From: the human T2T-CHM13v2.0 reference genome, Homo sapiens
DNA: 64,000 nt
Direction: 5' to 3' (one strand)
NCBI RefSeq assembly: GCF_009914755.1
Contig: NC_060931.1
The notes under the pieces are model-generated. The model worked only from the letters and a program-made list of their open reading frames with translations. It made no database searches and was not told the DNA's origin. A program made the position numbers and the translations under genes. Every line of letters starts with the position of its first letter. The first letter of the stretch is position 1. Below, piece after piece: positions 41,924-62,317 of this stretch.

Positions 41924-41954
<31 letters not shown>

Positions 41955-42135
41955 CACAAATTAGCCAGGCGTGGTGGTGGGAGCCTGTAATCCCAGCTAC
42001 TCGGGAGGCTGAGGCTGGGAAAATTGCTTGAACCCGGGAGGCAGAAGTTGCAGTGAGCCAAGATCATGCCACTGCACTCCAGCCTGGGTGACACAATGAT
42101 ACTCCATCTTGGAAAGAAAGAAAATAATAATAACA
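41797..42135 (+). mobile_element. Alu (AluS) with an A-run + (CA)n linker
   Basis: Full dimer with the linker expanded at ~41918-41958. Confidence 0.9.
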
Positions 42136-43034
42136 AAGAGCAAAAGGTGTAACAGAGAGGAAGAAACCCAGGTGGTTAGAAGGAGGTCTACTGGTGGGGT
42201 CAACTGCTGTGGAGATGCCAAATGAGATGAGGACGACAGAGACCAGGGAGCCTCCAGAGATCTCAGAAAGCACAGCTCCCACCAGGCCAGAACTTACAGT
42301 GGCCCACGTAATTAAGCAGGCACTTCACTTACATATAATTAACTGCTTCCCTTCCTGGACTTGCCCAGTGGAAGCAAAGTGGGTTTAATTTGCTGCCTTT
42401 TTGGAGAGGCCATGGTCAAGGCAGAATGAGGAATTTTGAGTGCCACAATTAACTCAGAAGAAAATGCCACTGAAGGGTAGAGATTTTGGCCATTCTACTA
42501 CTAGGACACAATGTGAACCTCCAGGAATCTACCTGTCAGAGAACTCTAACTTGTGAGTGCTAGAGATCAAAGTAATTAACGCAAGAATAAGGCTCTCCCC
42601 AGCAATTCCAAGAGGACATGCCAACAGAATTGCACCACGGGACCACAGAGGTGTAATTGTCTCCCCGTAACCACACAATCCCTCATGCCTCGCCGCAGCC
42701 TCGCCTCTGTGGGAAGACCCTGAACACAGCCTCGCCACAGGTTACAGCCCCAAGGCAGCCAAGAAAATGCACTTGATCATGTGAGGTCCCTTTATTTAAA
42801 AAAAAAAAAAAAAAAAAAAGAATTATGGTACAGGGAAGGATTAACACAGCAAAGTGAACGAGGTTCTCTCACCAGTTTTTTAAAACAGGAAGACACAGAC
42901 ATAATGTTTCTAAAATAAAATGCTAGACAATGAACTGATATCACCAATCTCACACCATGTTCAAATAAAAGAACATCCAAACCAAGATTCAGGCCTCCAG
43001 ATGAACACATCTGCTTGGAAGGAATCATCCATAC

Positions 43035-43175
43035 CTGTTTCCCTGACTCTAGTGAGTCAAAACTATCGCAGCTCTCCTCTGACGAGAGGGTTTCCATGGG
43101 AACATCATCTCGGAAGCCAACAAACTCTTCATCATCACTGGGGGCGTTAAAGATGTCAGCCACTTCTTTAGGGAT
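43035..43175 (-). CDS. CDCA7L: CDCA7L exon 2 (first FxGF motif)
   Basis: aaaacag|ATC...CAG|gtatgg; 141 nt; IPKEVADIFNAPSDDEEFVGFRDDVPMETLSSEESCDSFDSLESGKQ. Exons 2-10 give 446 codons, which with a recalled 8-codon exon 1 equals the 454-aa protein. Confidence 0.95.
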
Positions 43176-43950
43176 CTGTTTTGGATTCAAAAGAGGCAGG
43201 ATTAAACCAGGGGTTCTTGCTAATCACTTAGGGACATTTTCTGGAGGGGAGGAGAGATCTCATCACTTCATCCAACTGCCACGGTTGCCCAGAAGTCCCC
43301 AGTAACCCTCAGCAAAACACTCTTCAGCTAAGAACTCATGGCAAAATAAGGTGTGGGGTGGGTGGGGGAGATAAAACTTAAAATTCTAGATATACACCCT
43401 ATTTTACAGAGAATGTTAAAACCAGGCCAGAGAGAAGACATGTTTGATCTCTTGACAAAAAGAAAAATTGTTTCTAAGAACCAATGATCTCTTTTTTCTC
43501 CTACAGTGGATGCATCTTTAAATGTCATCTACATAAAAAAGATGCCATAAAATATCATTAAGCACTTTTCTTAATGTTCACCTACACTATTTATTTTTCT
43601 CTTCTTTGTCATAGGCTGATTCAGAAAGTAGAAAGTTCATACAATGAAATAAGTAGCTTTTCTTCTTTTCTATATTGTAAGTCAACTTAAGTAGCTGGGG
43701 ATTAATTCTAACAGAATTCAAATGCTATTAGGGGATAATTGATCCCAGAGAGAACAATGTCAGCACACTTAATCCACAAATATGTATCTGCTGGAGTTCA
43801 TTTTTGTAAGTTGACTATTTTCTCCCAATTCTTTGTTTTAAAAAAGTTCAAACACACAGAAATGTGAAAAAATAGTACAAACACCTGTTGATTCTTTATC
43901 TAGACCCATTATTGGTCACTGCATTTGCTTTCTTTCTCTGTTTCAACAAA

Positions 43951-44033
43951 TATTAGGTTGAACCATGGGCATTTGCTGATATTTGGCTGTTTTTAACTTA
44001 GGAAAATAGCAATTTAATATGAGCCAACCTAAT
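43951..44033. mobile_element. MADE2-like mariner MITE
   Basis: ~83 bp quasi-palindrome tattaggttgaaccat...atgagccaacctaat. Confidence 0.75.
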
Positions 44034-45257
44034 CCATATAATCCCACACATTGATTAAAGTAATTTGCAAACATTGTATTGATTGGCCCGAATATAATTC
44101 AGCACATATCTCCCACGGATAAGGACATTCTCCCATAGAACCACAAAACCATAATTGTACCGAAAATAATTAACATTAATTCAATAGTACGATTTACTGT
44201 AACTCTATATTTTAATATCTGCAACTGTTCTATTTGATTTTTATGACACTGTTTTTTGTTGTTTTTCACAACACTGACTTTCTTTTTAGATAGACCATGA
44301 CAACTGCCTTGTAGAATGTCATGTATTCTGAGCTTATCTGAGTGTTTCCTCATGATTAGATTCAGGTTATGTATTTTTGTCACCATTCTACATAGGTGAC
44401 ATGTACTCCTCAATGCATTGCATAAGGGGGCACAAAATGTCAAGTTATCCCACTATTAATTAGTAATTTTTAAAAAATTTTTCATTATAAAAACTTTCAA
44501 AGATATTTCAAAAGTAGATGGGAAGATATTGTAATGAGCACACATTGATCCTCCCCGTAATTATCTGCCCAAGGCTAACTGTGCTTCCCCTGGATCCCGA
44601 CCCAACTCCCCTTCTTCTAAATTATTGTGAGGCAACTGTAGACATAGTATCATGTCACTCTGTATCATCATCAAATGTGCAGTCTGTATTCACAGTTCTT
44701 CTGCCTCATTTTTTAAAAACTTAGTTTATCTGCATCATGATCCAAATAAGGTTCACACTGATCAACATGGCTCTTAAATCCCTTCTCATCACTCCTTTAT
44801 CTCTTTTCTCTTGCAGTTTATTTTTGAAGAAGCTGGGTCACTTGACTGTGGAGTCTGTCCAAGTCTGAAGTTTTATTTTTTTTGCATCCCCAAGGTGGTG
44901 TTTAACAGACTCATTTGGGTTTACAATTTGGGAGTTGAATCCGGAGGCTTTACTTCTAGTTGGCTAGCTTTTGCCAAGACTACTTTTTAGGAAGTGCTAT
45001 GTTCTTCCTTTGGAAAGCACATAAGGTCTGGCTGTCTCTTTTTTTAGTGATGTTGCTGTTTGGTCAATAAGTTAAGGTGGAATCAGCCTGATTTGTTCTT
45101 CGCTTTTAAAACAAAACAAAACAAAAAACAATAACAACAACAAAAAACACCCTTTCTCCTTTGTCACTAATAAGGAATATGCAGAGTGAGACTTGAGATT
45201 CTGTGAATAGCCTCCCTGATAACATCTTGCTCAACAGTTTCAGCGTCCATTGACAAT

Positions 45258-45393
45258 TCTTTTTTTTTATATTTTTTATTTTAATAAAGACAGGGTCTAT
45301 GTTACCCAGGCTGGTCTCAAATTCCTTGCCTCAAGTGATCCTCTCACCTCAGCCTCCCAAAGTGCTGGGATTACAGGCATGAGCCAGGGCACC
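45258..45393 (-). mobile_element. Partial Alu (left arm)
   Basis: acagggtct...ctcccaaagtgctgggattacaggcatgagcc. Confidence 0.8.
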
Positions 45394-46199
45394 CTTGAAT
45401 GAATTATTACATTAGGGACTGCAAAAGAGAAATTTTCAGATTTTCTCTCTCCTTCACAAAGTAGCTGGCATTCTTGTATAATATAGTCTTTCTCTCACTC
45501 TCCCCCTTTTCTTCTACCATGTATATCCATGGATTTCTAAAAATTATTATTAAATGTGTTATAATCCATACTCTCATAATGCTGACTGTCCCAAATTTGG
45601 CCATTGGGAGCTTCTTGGAAAGTCATCCTCTGTCTTTCTGACATGGCACTAAGGGTCTTTCAACACCTCCTTGCTTTCTGACACAAGCATGGCAAGCTAA
45701 CCTTGTATGTTTCCTGTCCCAGACCTCAAATCAGCCATTTCTCCAAGGAGCCCTGAAACCTTTCACTGGGAAATGGCATTTAAAAACCAAGCTCGGAGAA
45801 CACAATGCATCTCGGTTAATTAAGTATCACTGCTTGTAGGCTCTTTGGACAGAGCAAGGATATTTTAAATAGGTAAATCACAAGTTCATGGTGACACCCT
45901 GAATTCAAATCCAACACGGAGGCTTCTTCCTCTGCTCCCTCATCTCTCCCTCATCTCACATTAGCATCGCCGTTCCACCACAAGGAAAACCCTCGATTCC
46001 CAAAATTTTTAATATACTTATCCATGTGGTGCTCTATCTACAATAAACACAAAATAGCGCCAAACTGACGCCACCAATATACTACCAACAACAAACAGTG
46101 CAGTTCAAGATTTCTTTGCAGTTCTTTCTAGCCCTGGAACATAGTCTCACTATACACAGGATCTTTTCCTTCAGCTAACCAGATGATCATTGTACATGG

Positions 46200-46562
46200 T
46201 TATGCAAAAATGTTTCACATGTACTTCCCATTTCATCATGCAGTATATTAAAAAGATGTCCTTAACAGTTGAGACTTAATAATTTTTACTGTTTCATCAG
46301 AACATTCTTATGTGAAACTGACATTTTCTTTTTAAATTGAGTGCATGGAGGTGAATGCAATGACTACTAATACAGTTTGTTGCTACCACCTGGATTCATG
46401 CTAAAGATCAGCAGTTTTCTCCACTTTGGCTTTTGCACAATCAGTGCAAATATCAACACAGCAAAAAGGGCAAATAATCTTAGTATTATTATGACATTAC
46501 ATTCGCCCTCATGGACCCGTGAAAGGGTCTCAGGTCCTCCATCTCACACTTTGACCACTGCA
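46200..46562. mobile_element. Charlie1-type hAT fossil terminus
   Basis: ggcaaataatcttagtattattatga...gaaagggtctc...cacactttga..cactg. Confidence 0.65.
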
Positions 46563-48994
46563 CTAGCATATACAGAGTTGTGTATTCAAAAGCTACTTAG
46601 CTTCGTGGAATTCTCTGTGTGGGTGTGTTGACTTAATTTTACATTTAGTCAGGTTCCATTTAGGAAACTGGTAATCCTTAATCTATTTACTTTCATCCTT
46701 ATTTTAATGCTTCTTGATTAAAAATAATTAGAAAATAATGGTTCAATCAAAGGAAGTGTAACATAAATACAGAAATGGGATACCCCAAGTTCAGTGATGC
46801 TGAAGGGTTAATACAAACACTTTCCCACCATCTAATAAAATCACTGCAAGGGACAAACAAGAACAACACTTACAGAAGTAGAGTTCCACTAACAATTTTT
46901 TTACCAGCCACACGTAGTGCAGCACTAGCAAAGCCTAACTCTGACATCATTCTTGGGGAAAATATTGAAACTTTTCTCAAGGAGGTATGTTAAACAATGT
47001 TTGCCACCTTATCTTTTCAAAGACACCTTTTGTTGTTGTTTAGCACTCAGAACTAATACGCAAGGAAAACACCCAGACTAGAGAAACACAGACAATACTT
47101 ATGAAAGTGTGCCTATGTTGTAGCTACATAATAGCCACTGAGTTCAGTCCCTGCAGAGGCACTAAGAGGGACAGTGTGTCAATTTCAGTCTTTTTCTTTT
47201 GGCCTTCTCACCATTCTACAAAATTCAAACAGCCCTGCTGGCCCAGAAGCTTCTTTTAACATAAATGGTTTAAAGGAGGAGGAGCACCCCATTTATGGAT
47301 TTAATGGAAATACATACAAGGAATGGAGAGGGTTGGTGATAGGAATAAACTGCTTCCAGCAGCAACTGCATTAGTCCCTGTGCTATTGTGTTCAGCCCCA
47401 CCACTGCTGCGAGCCTGTGTCTGACTAGCTAATTCCTCCTTCTGCATCTTTGACTTCTGCATCTGCTCCAGAGGTACCATTAGGGGGCTATAATTACTGA
47501 TTAGGAACAAAAGGAAAGAGCACACTTTCAAAAAAACAGTGTGCATTCCTGGGGTACGCAGGGCTCTGATCCTTCAAAAGGTATTAAAAGAGTTTCAGAT
47601 AGTCACAAGCTTCAAGATTTGCCAAAAAAAAAAAAAAAAAAAAACTGTAAAATATTCAAGTGTCCTCAATGCAACGAACTGATTTGTCTAACAGATGCAA
47701 CAAAGGCAGCAAGATTTATATGAGAAGGACCTGATAGAAAGGATACACAGGGACCTCTTCTAATGAATGACCAGTTCCACAACACAGTGATACATTAGGC
47801 CCAAGGATCTGTCACTTTCCTGTTCCATTCAGCAGCGATCCACTGGGTAGCTGCATAGTCTAGACAAAAATGCAAGACCTTTTTTTTTTTTTTTCAAAGT
47901 TTGTGTTCCATTCTATTACAATAAAGCCAATCATAAGACTCACCAAAAAGAAAACTACAACAAGTAACTGAAAACAACAAAAATACAAAATTTCTCAATC
48001 AATGGATATTTACATTAGTTGAACTTCTGAATTAGGATAACTACTATCTAGTGAACCAAAAAAAAAAGGGAAAATTCTCATCTGAAAGTGAAAAGACCGT
48101 TTCATTATTTATAATACTTGTTAAAAATCGACAACTTCATGCTATTCCTTTCATGTACAGTTTCTGTTTGTCTACTCTGTCTTTATTGGAATTAACAGTG
48201 TGAATATCATCAAAAGTCATATGGGGGACCAGGATTCAATTCTATGAGAACACAGGTACTAGAATGGAATCCACAGGCACCTAACATAGAGCCCAGCCTA
48301 AAGCAGATGATCAACAAACCCTTGCTGAAAGCATTTACATGCATCTGACTTTGTAGCCATTTTCTTAAGAAAGGTGTATTTTACTAGGAAAATACTAAGT
48401 CAAAAAGGTACACTCTGTGACATTCCTACATGAGGGGAATTAAAAATTTTCACCCAGAATCCTAAGACATCTTTCTACAAAGCAGTCATATTCACAGCTC
48501 CCCTTTCAGAAAGGACTGCAGGTTTCCCTTATAAGCCATACAGATTACCTGAGAGCTTTTCTCTGAAATACATTATGCCAACTCAACAGGCTTTGGGGCC
48601 AAGCAGGTGGGTAACAGGGCAGTAGGTCAGCTGTAGGACAATATGGGATGGTGCTGACTGGTAGGCTGAACACATATATCAGGGAAGGCAGGCCACTCCT
48701 CCACTCCAGCTGATCACTGCCCTGCAGGAACAGGGGTCTGGTGTGTCTGACCTCCAACATTCCCAGAGAACCTGAGAATCTGAGTGTTGGTAAGAAACTT
48801 CCCATCTACAGACTGGATCTCAAACTTGTTCAGGGAACATGCACGGTGGAACTCATAGGGCTCTGTGGGACACCAAGGAAACTGCAAATGCCAGAATTCC
48901 AAATATTACCAACAGTATTAATATATCTACTAGTGCCTAGTAGTAATAGTAGAGGGCATCAAAGTGTTAAGAAGATTAAGAAAAACTTTATATC

Positions 48995-49460
48995 CTTTCC
49001 CTTATTCATGGCATCATGATTCACAAGAGCCAAAAGGTGGAAGCAATCCAAGTATCCATCGATGGATAAATGGATAAACAAAATGTGAGACATACATATA
49101 ATTGAATATTATTCAACACTAAAAAGGAAGGAAATTATGACACATGCCACAACATGGATGAACTTTGAAGACGTTATGCTAAATGATAATAACCCAGTCT
49201 CGATAAAACCAAGAACGGTATGATTCTACTTATAACAGGTACCTAGAGTGGTTGAATCCTCGGAGACAGCAGAATGGCACTTGCCAGATGCTGAGGGGAG
49301 GGAGAAACGTGGAGTTACTGTTTAATGGATACAGATTCAGCTTTCCAAGATGGAAAGAGTTTTGGAATTTAAATATGCTTAACACTACTGAACCATACAT
49401 TTTAAAATGGCTAAGATAGGAGATTTTATGTTATATGTATCTTAGCACAATTTAAAAAGA
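48995..49460 (+). mobile_element. L1MB 3' end
   Basis: gccaaaaggtggaagcaatccaag...ggaaggaaattatgacacatgc...ttatgttatatgtat. Confidence 0.8.
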
Positions 49461-49493
49461 ATTCAACGAAAAAAGACAAGAAAGACAATTTAA

Positions 49494-49807
49494 GCCAGGC
49501 ATGGTGGTTCATACCTGTAATCCCAGCACTCTGGGAGGCCGAGGCAGGAAGATCACTTGACCCCAGGGGTTTGAGACCAGCCTAGGCAACATGGTGAGAC
49601 CCCGTCTCTACCAAAAAAGATACAAAAATCAGCTGGGTTGTGGTGGCGTGTGCCTGTAGTCCCAGCTACTCATGAAGCTAAAATGGGAGGATCAGTTGAG
49701 CCCATGAGTTAGAGGCTGCATGCAGTGAGCTATGATCATACCACTACACTACAGTCAGGGTGTCAGTGAGACCCTGTCTCTAAAAGAGAAAAAGAAAAAA
49801 AGAAAAA
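49494..49807 (+). mobile_element. Alu (AluJ)
   Basis: Diverged full dimer. Confidence 0.88.
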
Positions 49808-50859
49808 CCGGGGTAGAGGGGAATTTTTCCTTCCTTAAGTGAATGAAATCTTCCAAACTGACAGAACAAGTCCAGACCTTAGCCTAGTTTTAATGGTACC
49901 ATCACTTTAGGGGCATGTGGCTTAAGAACCCAACTCTCTCACCTAAGGGAGGTTCAGATACATCATTGTAGGTGCCAAGGCTTCAGCTTTAGTGTCTGAC
50001 CAACCAGGTATCTGAGCCTGTAAGCCCATTAGTTAACTGATAGTCTGGAGGACAAAGCTGTTTGCAGAACCACACTTGGCTGAAATCCAGCTTTGTTCTA
50101 TCCCAGCTAAGCTATACTAATAAAAATAAACCCTGCTGAGTTGCTGCTGGCTTCTCGTTGAGTAGGTGCCTTTCAGGCATACAAAGCAGTGCTCTGGAGG
50201 TCTCCATACCATTTTGACCTTTGTCAGCCTGAGTCTCCATTAAAATTCAATTTAAAAAACTAATAAGCTATAAAAAGATCGTCAAACTGTCAGTTGGTAT
50301 TCAATCAAGTATTTACCTTTGAAAATATTTTAACGTGAAGTATTGTTCATTTAAAACTTTATATTGTGAAATTAAGTATAATATTTTTTAAATTAAAGCT
50401 TTTCCATAACTCAATGATATCTAAATTCATCCTTCCTGGATTAAAAAATACAACCTCCTACCCAGAAGGAACACATTTATCAGTATTAGTTTTTGAAGAG
50501 AAAGAAAATAAGATTCACTTTTTAGGCCAACTGATACAAGGGCTGATTCTGATATACTCCAAGAATATTCAGTGTACATTTCACCTAGAAGCAAGCTCTA
50601 TTTTAAGATTTAAAAAGCAGACAAAAGATATTTATGCACACTACTGCATTTTCCTTATTAAGTGTTTTGAAAGCAATTTTGATAGCAATGACAGCAGAAT
50701 TTGCAAGGTGTACTATCTTGCATCTATGAAAAGAGATCTACACAGAGGAGAGCATTCCTTCCTCTTTAACACACCACGAAGGGCGAGAACTGTTATTTTC
50801 TTATGCAAAATCATTTCTTTGAATTTTTTACAAATAAATTTGTTGGCCCATAAGAAAAG

Positions 50860-51200
50860 TACATACCATGCACCAACCACAAGAACTAACTCAAAATGGA
50901 TCACAAACTTGAATATAAAACTATAAAACTTTTAGAAGAGGAGAAAATCTTTGTGACCTTAAGTTAGGCAAAGAATTCTTAAGATACAACACCAGATACA
51001 ACACAATACAGATCTTTAAAATGTGTAAAGTAAACAATCAAAATTAAGAACTTCTGCTCTTCAGAAAACACCGTTAAGAGAATGAAAAGGAAAGCCACAC
51101 ACTGGGAGAAAATATCTGCAAATGCTGTCTCTGATTTGCACCCAGAAAATATAAAGAATTCTCATAATTCAATAAAAAGAAAACAAATAAATCAGATGGT
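50860..51200 (+). mobile_element. Old L1M ORF2 3' fragment
   Basis: aactcaaaatggatca...aaaactataaaactttt...aagagaatgaaaagg...actgggagaaaata. Confidence 0.7.
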
Positions 51201-51893
51201 CGACGAGTTAAATGGTAAACAAGCACAAAAGAGAATTAAATTAACACACACATGCATCTGACCTCTGAATGGGGAGGACTTTCACCAATCACGTAAAGGA
51301 GACCAAAATGGAAAAGTAGATCACTGACCATGTAACAGTTTAAAGCTTGCTACTTAAAAGAAGAAAATTCAGAAACAAAAACAAACAAACAAACAAAAAA
51401 AGGTAGGGCAAAGATCTGACAAAAATATGACAAATTATTAAAATTGCTAAAAACCTCATACAAAATGAAATATATACCATGGCCACACAGACAAAATGGC
51501 AAAACAAAGAAAACTCACTAGGGAAAACAAAAGAGGCTAAAAACACTTTAAAAGTCCTCAGCCTACCTAGTAATGAAAAGAATGGCAAGTAAAACAAGTA
51601 TTCTTTTCATCTAGCAATTTAGCAACATTTTGCTTCCATTTTTAAGGGCATGCTCAATGATGGGGAAGGTGTGAGGAGACAAACACTTCTATACAGAACT
51701 GGTATGAGGACACTGAACCCAAGGCTTCAGAAACTAAGTATCATCATATACATCTAAAATAGGGCAGTTAATTTTTAAAAAATTAAATACAGTGCAATTT
51801 CAAGACTGCCAGGAAAATGTAGCTAAACTCAGGGTGAAGGCGTATATGAATTACTATTAGCAGTTAAGAGAATCATAAAATCAAGGATTATCA

Positions 51894-52181
51894 GGCCAAG
51901 TGTGGTGGCTCATGCCTGCAATCCCAGTGCTGTGGGAGACCAAGGCAGGAGGATCACTTGAGCCTAGGAGTTCAAGACTAGCCTGGGCAATACAGCAAGA
52001 CTCCAGCTCTACAAAACATAAAAAATTAGCCAGGCATAGTGGCATGTCTGTAGTCCCAGCTACTTGGGAGGCTGAGGAGGGAGGATTGATTGAGCCCAGG
52101 AGTTCAAGGCTGCTATTAGCTATGATCCTGCCACTGTAACAGAGGAAGACCCTATCTCAAACAATTAAAGAAGAAAAAAAA
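51894..52181 (+). mobile_element. Alu (AluJ)
   Basis: Diverged dimer. Confidence 0.85.
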
Positions 52182-52242
52182 AGATCATCAGATTGTGATG
52201 GGATCTCATCCATCAGTTTGTGCTTCATATAATGGGAGTGAC

Positions 52243-52380
52243 AGCCAGACACAGAGGCACACACCTGTAGTCCCAGCTACTTAGATGGCCTAGGCAGGAT
52301 AGCTTAAGTCCAAGAGTTCAAGTTCAGCCTGGGCAACAAAGCAAGACCCTATCTCTATAAGAAATAAAAATAAAGTAAAA
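52243..52380 (+). mobile_element. Free Alu monomer (FLAM-like)
   Basis: Single arm with an A-rich tail. Confidence 0.7.
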
Positions 52381-52539
52381 TTAGGGCAACCACAGTTAGA
52401 CTTACTCAAAGGCATGTAGCTTGTTAGTGTCCTTACATTAAAAACATTTCCAAGCATCTAAATAAGAAAACGATCTGTTTTTCTATAACTATATATTAAT
52501 TAGTATTCAGCAGTTAATAAAAAAAATACAAACTCATGT

Positions 52540-52865
52540 TAACACCAACAGCACAAGCAACAATTCGAGGAAAATAATAAACTGGAATTCATCAAAATTA
52601 AAAACTGTTGTGCATCAAAGGACAGCAAGAAAGTGAAAAGAAAAATCTGCAGAATGGGAGAAATAGCTACAAATCATGTATCTAATAAGGATCTACTATC
52701 TAGAATATATAAAGATTTCTTACAACTCAAGAAAAAGGCAAACAACCAATCAAAAAATAGGTGAAGAATTTGAACAGACCTTTCTCCAAGGAAGCTATAC
52801 AAATGACAAACAAGTACATAAAAATACACACATCAGTGGTCATTAAGGAACTGCAAACCAAAAAT
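52540..52865 (+). mobile_element. L1MB-like ORF2 3' fragment
   Basis: ttcatcaaaattaaaaactgttgtgcatcaaagga...agaatgggagaaa...ttctccaaggaag. Confidence 0.7.
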
Positions 52866-52875
52866 AGGTAATACT

Positions 52876-60100
<7,225 letters not shown>

Positions 60101-62011
60101 AAGATTATCAGCCGTTTTATCACAGAAACCTTAAAGGTCAGAAAGCAGTAGGATGATTTATTTGTAACATATTTAAAATGTAGAAGGGAAAAAAACTATC
60201 AAACAAGAATTCTCCATCTGGTTAAAAAAAAAAAACTGCCCTTCAAAAATGAGATAAAAATTAAGACATTCCCAAATAAACAAAAGCCAAGGGAATTCAT
60301 TACTACTGGCATTTGCAACAGAAAATGCTGAAAGGAGTACTTCACATTTACATGAAAGTCACTACACCGTAACTTTGTCAAAGCCATACAAAAATATAAG
60401 GTTCTCAGGTAAAGGTAAATACATGGACAAATATAAAAACTAGAGTATTATTGTAAATTTGGCTTATAACTCTACTTGTAATTTTCTAAAGGATTAAAAA
60501 TACTTACGAATCTGTTCATGGATACACAACACATAAAGATGTAATTCCTGATCTCAATTACATAAAATGATGGAAAAAGAGCTATATAGGAGTAGAATTT
60601 TTGTATGTCGCTGAAGTGAAATTGGTATCATTCAAACCAGATTGCTATAACTTTAGAATGTTATATGTAATCTCCATGGTAACACAAAAACTATCTAAGA
60701 AGAAAAGGAAATGAAATGAGAAGAGAGTCAAAATGTGCCAATACTAAGCAATCAACTAAACTCAAAGGAAGGCAATAACAGAGGAAATGAGGGACAAAAA
60801 AGCCATAGGATATACAGAAAACCTATTTCTTAAATCACAAGATTAAGTAATTCCCCACCAGTAATTACTTTAAATTTAAATGTGTTAAACTCCAAATCAA
60901 AAGAAATTGACTGGCAGGAAGGATTTTTTCAAAATAGGATACAACTCTACACTATCTACAACAGACTCACTTTAGATCTAAAGACACCAATAGGTTAAAA
61001 GTAAAAGGACAGAAAAAGATACTCGATGCAAATAATAACCAAAAGAGAGATGGAGTGGCTATACTAATATGAGACAAAATAGTCAAAAACTGTTGTGAAA
61101 GACAAAGACATTACAGATTGATAAAAGAGCCAATTCACTAGAAGATAGAACAATTATAAATATATACACACACCAAACATCAAAGATCCCAAATATATGA
61201 AGCAAACACTGACAGAACTGAATGAAGAAAGACTGTTCTGCAACAACAGATAGAAACTTCAACACCCCACTTTCAGCAGTGAACAGAACAAGACAGAGCA
61301 ATAAGGAAACAGAAGACTTGAGCAACATTATAAACCAACTAAAACTAATAGCACTCAACCCAACAACAGAATAAACACTTTTCTCAAGTACTTACAGAAA
61401 ATTTTCCAGGACACACTATATGTTAGGCCACAAAACAAGTGTGAATATATTTTTAAATGACTGAAATAATACTATCCTTTGTTACAGTAGAGTGAAACTA
61501 GAAATCAGTAACAGAAGGAAAAATGAAAAATTCACAAATATGTGGAAATTAAATAACATATTCCTAAACAACCATGGGTCAAAGAAGACATCACAAGGGA
61601 AATTAGAAAATACTTTGAAACAAATGTAAATGAAAACAAAATTTACCAAAATATATGGGATGCAGCAAAAGGCACTGCTAAGAGGTAAATTTATAGCTGT
61701 AAACACAATAAAAATGAAGATCTCCAACCAAAAAACAAACCATACACATTAGGGGAACAGGAAATGTATAGCACACCAAACCCAAAGTTAGCAAGAGGAA
61801 GGAAACAAAGATTAAAACAGATATGAATAGAATAGATAATAGAATAAGAGAAAAATCAATGAAGCCAAAAGTTTATTCTTTGAAAAAAAAAAATCAACAA
61901 ATTGGCAAATCTTAAGCTACATGACTAGAAAATATACAGAGAAAACTCAAATTACTAACGTTAGTAATGAAATTGGACATTACTACCAATTTTACATAAA
62001 TAAAAAGGACT

Positions 62012-62317
62012 GGCCAGGCGCTGTGGCTCACGCCTGTAATCCCAACACTTTGAGAGGCAGAGGTGGGTGGATCACAAGGTCAGGAGTTCAAGACCAGCCT
62101 GGCCAAGATGGTGAAACCCCATCTCTACTAAAAATGCAAAAAAATTAGCCAGGCTTGGTGGTGGGCGCCTGTAATCCCAGCTACTTGGGAGGCTGAAACA
62201 GAGAACTGCTTGAACCCAGGAGGCGGAGGTTGCAGTGAGCCGCTACTGTGCCACTACACTCCAGCCTGGGCGACAGAGCAAGACTCCGTCTCAAAATGAA
62301 TAAATAAATAAATAAAT
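62012..62317 (+). mobile_element. Alu (AluSg-like) in the old L1
   Basis: Full dimer with a (TAAA)n tail. Confidence 0.9.

Larger units (their letters stand above)
43810..46130 (-). mobile_element. Old L1MC/L1ME 3' region fragments
   Basis: Diverged reverse L1MC-like motifs (tttcctcatgattagattcaggttatg; aaatcagccatttctccaaggagccctg). Confidence 0.6.

Noticed and set aside
42792-43190. 132-aa ORF spanning CDCA7L exon 2
   Set aside because: It is exon 2 plus intronic read-through with a non-ATG start.
50366-50926. 186-aa + strand ORF
   Set aside because: Non-ATG start, AT-rich I/K/F/L composition, no recognisable domain, and its end runs into an old L1 fragment.
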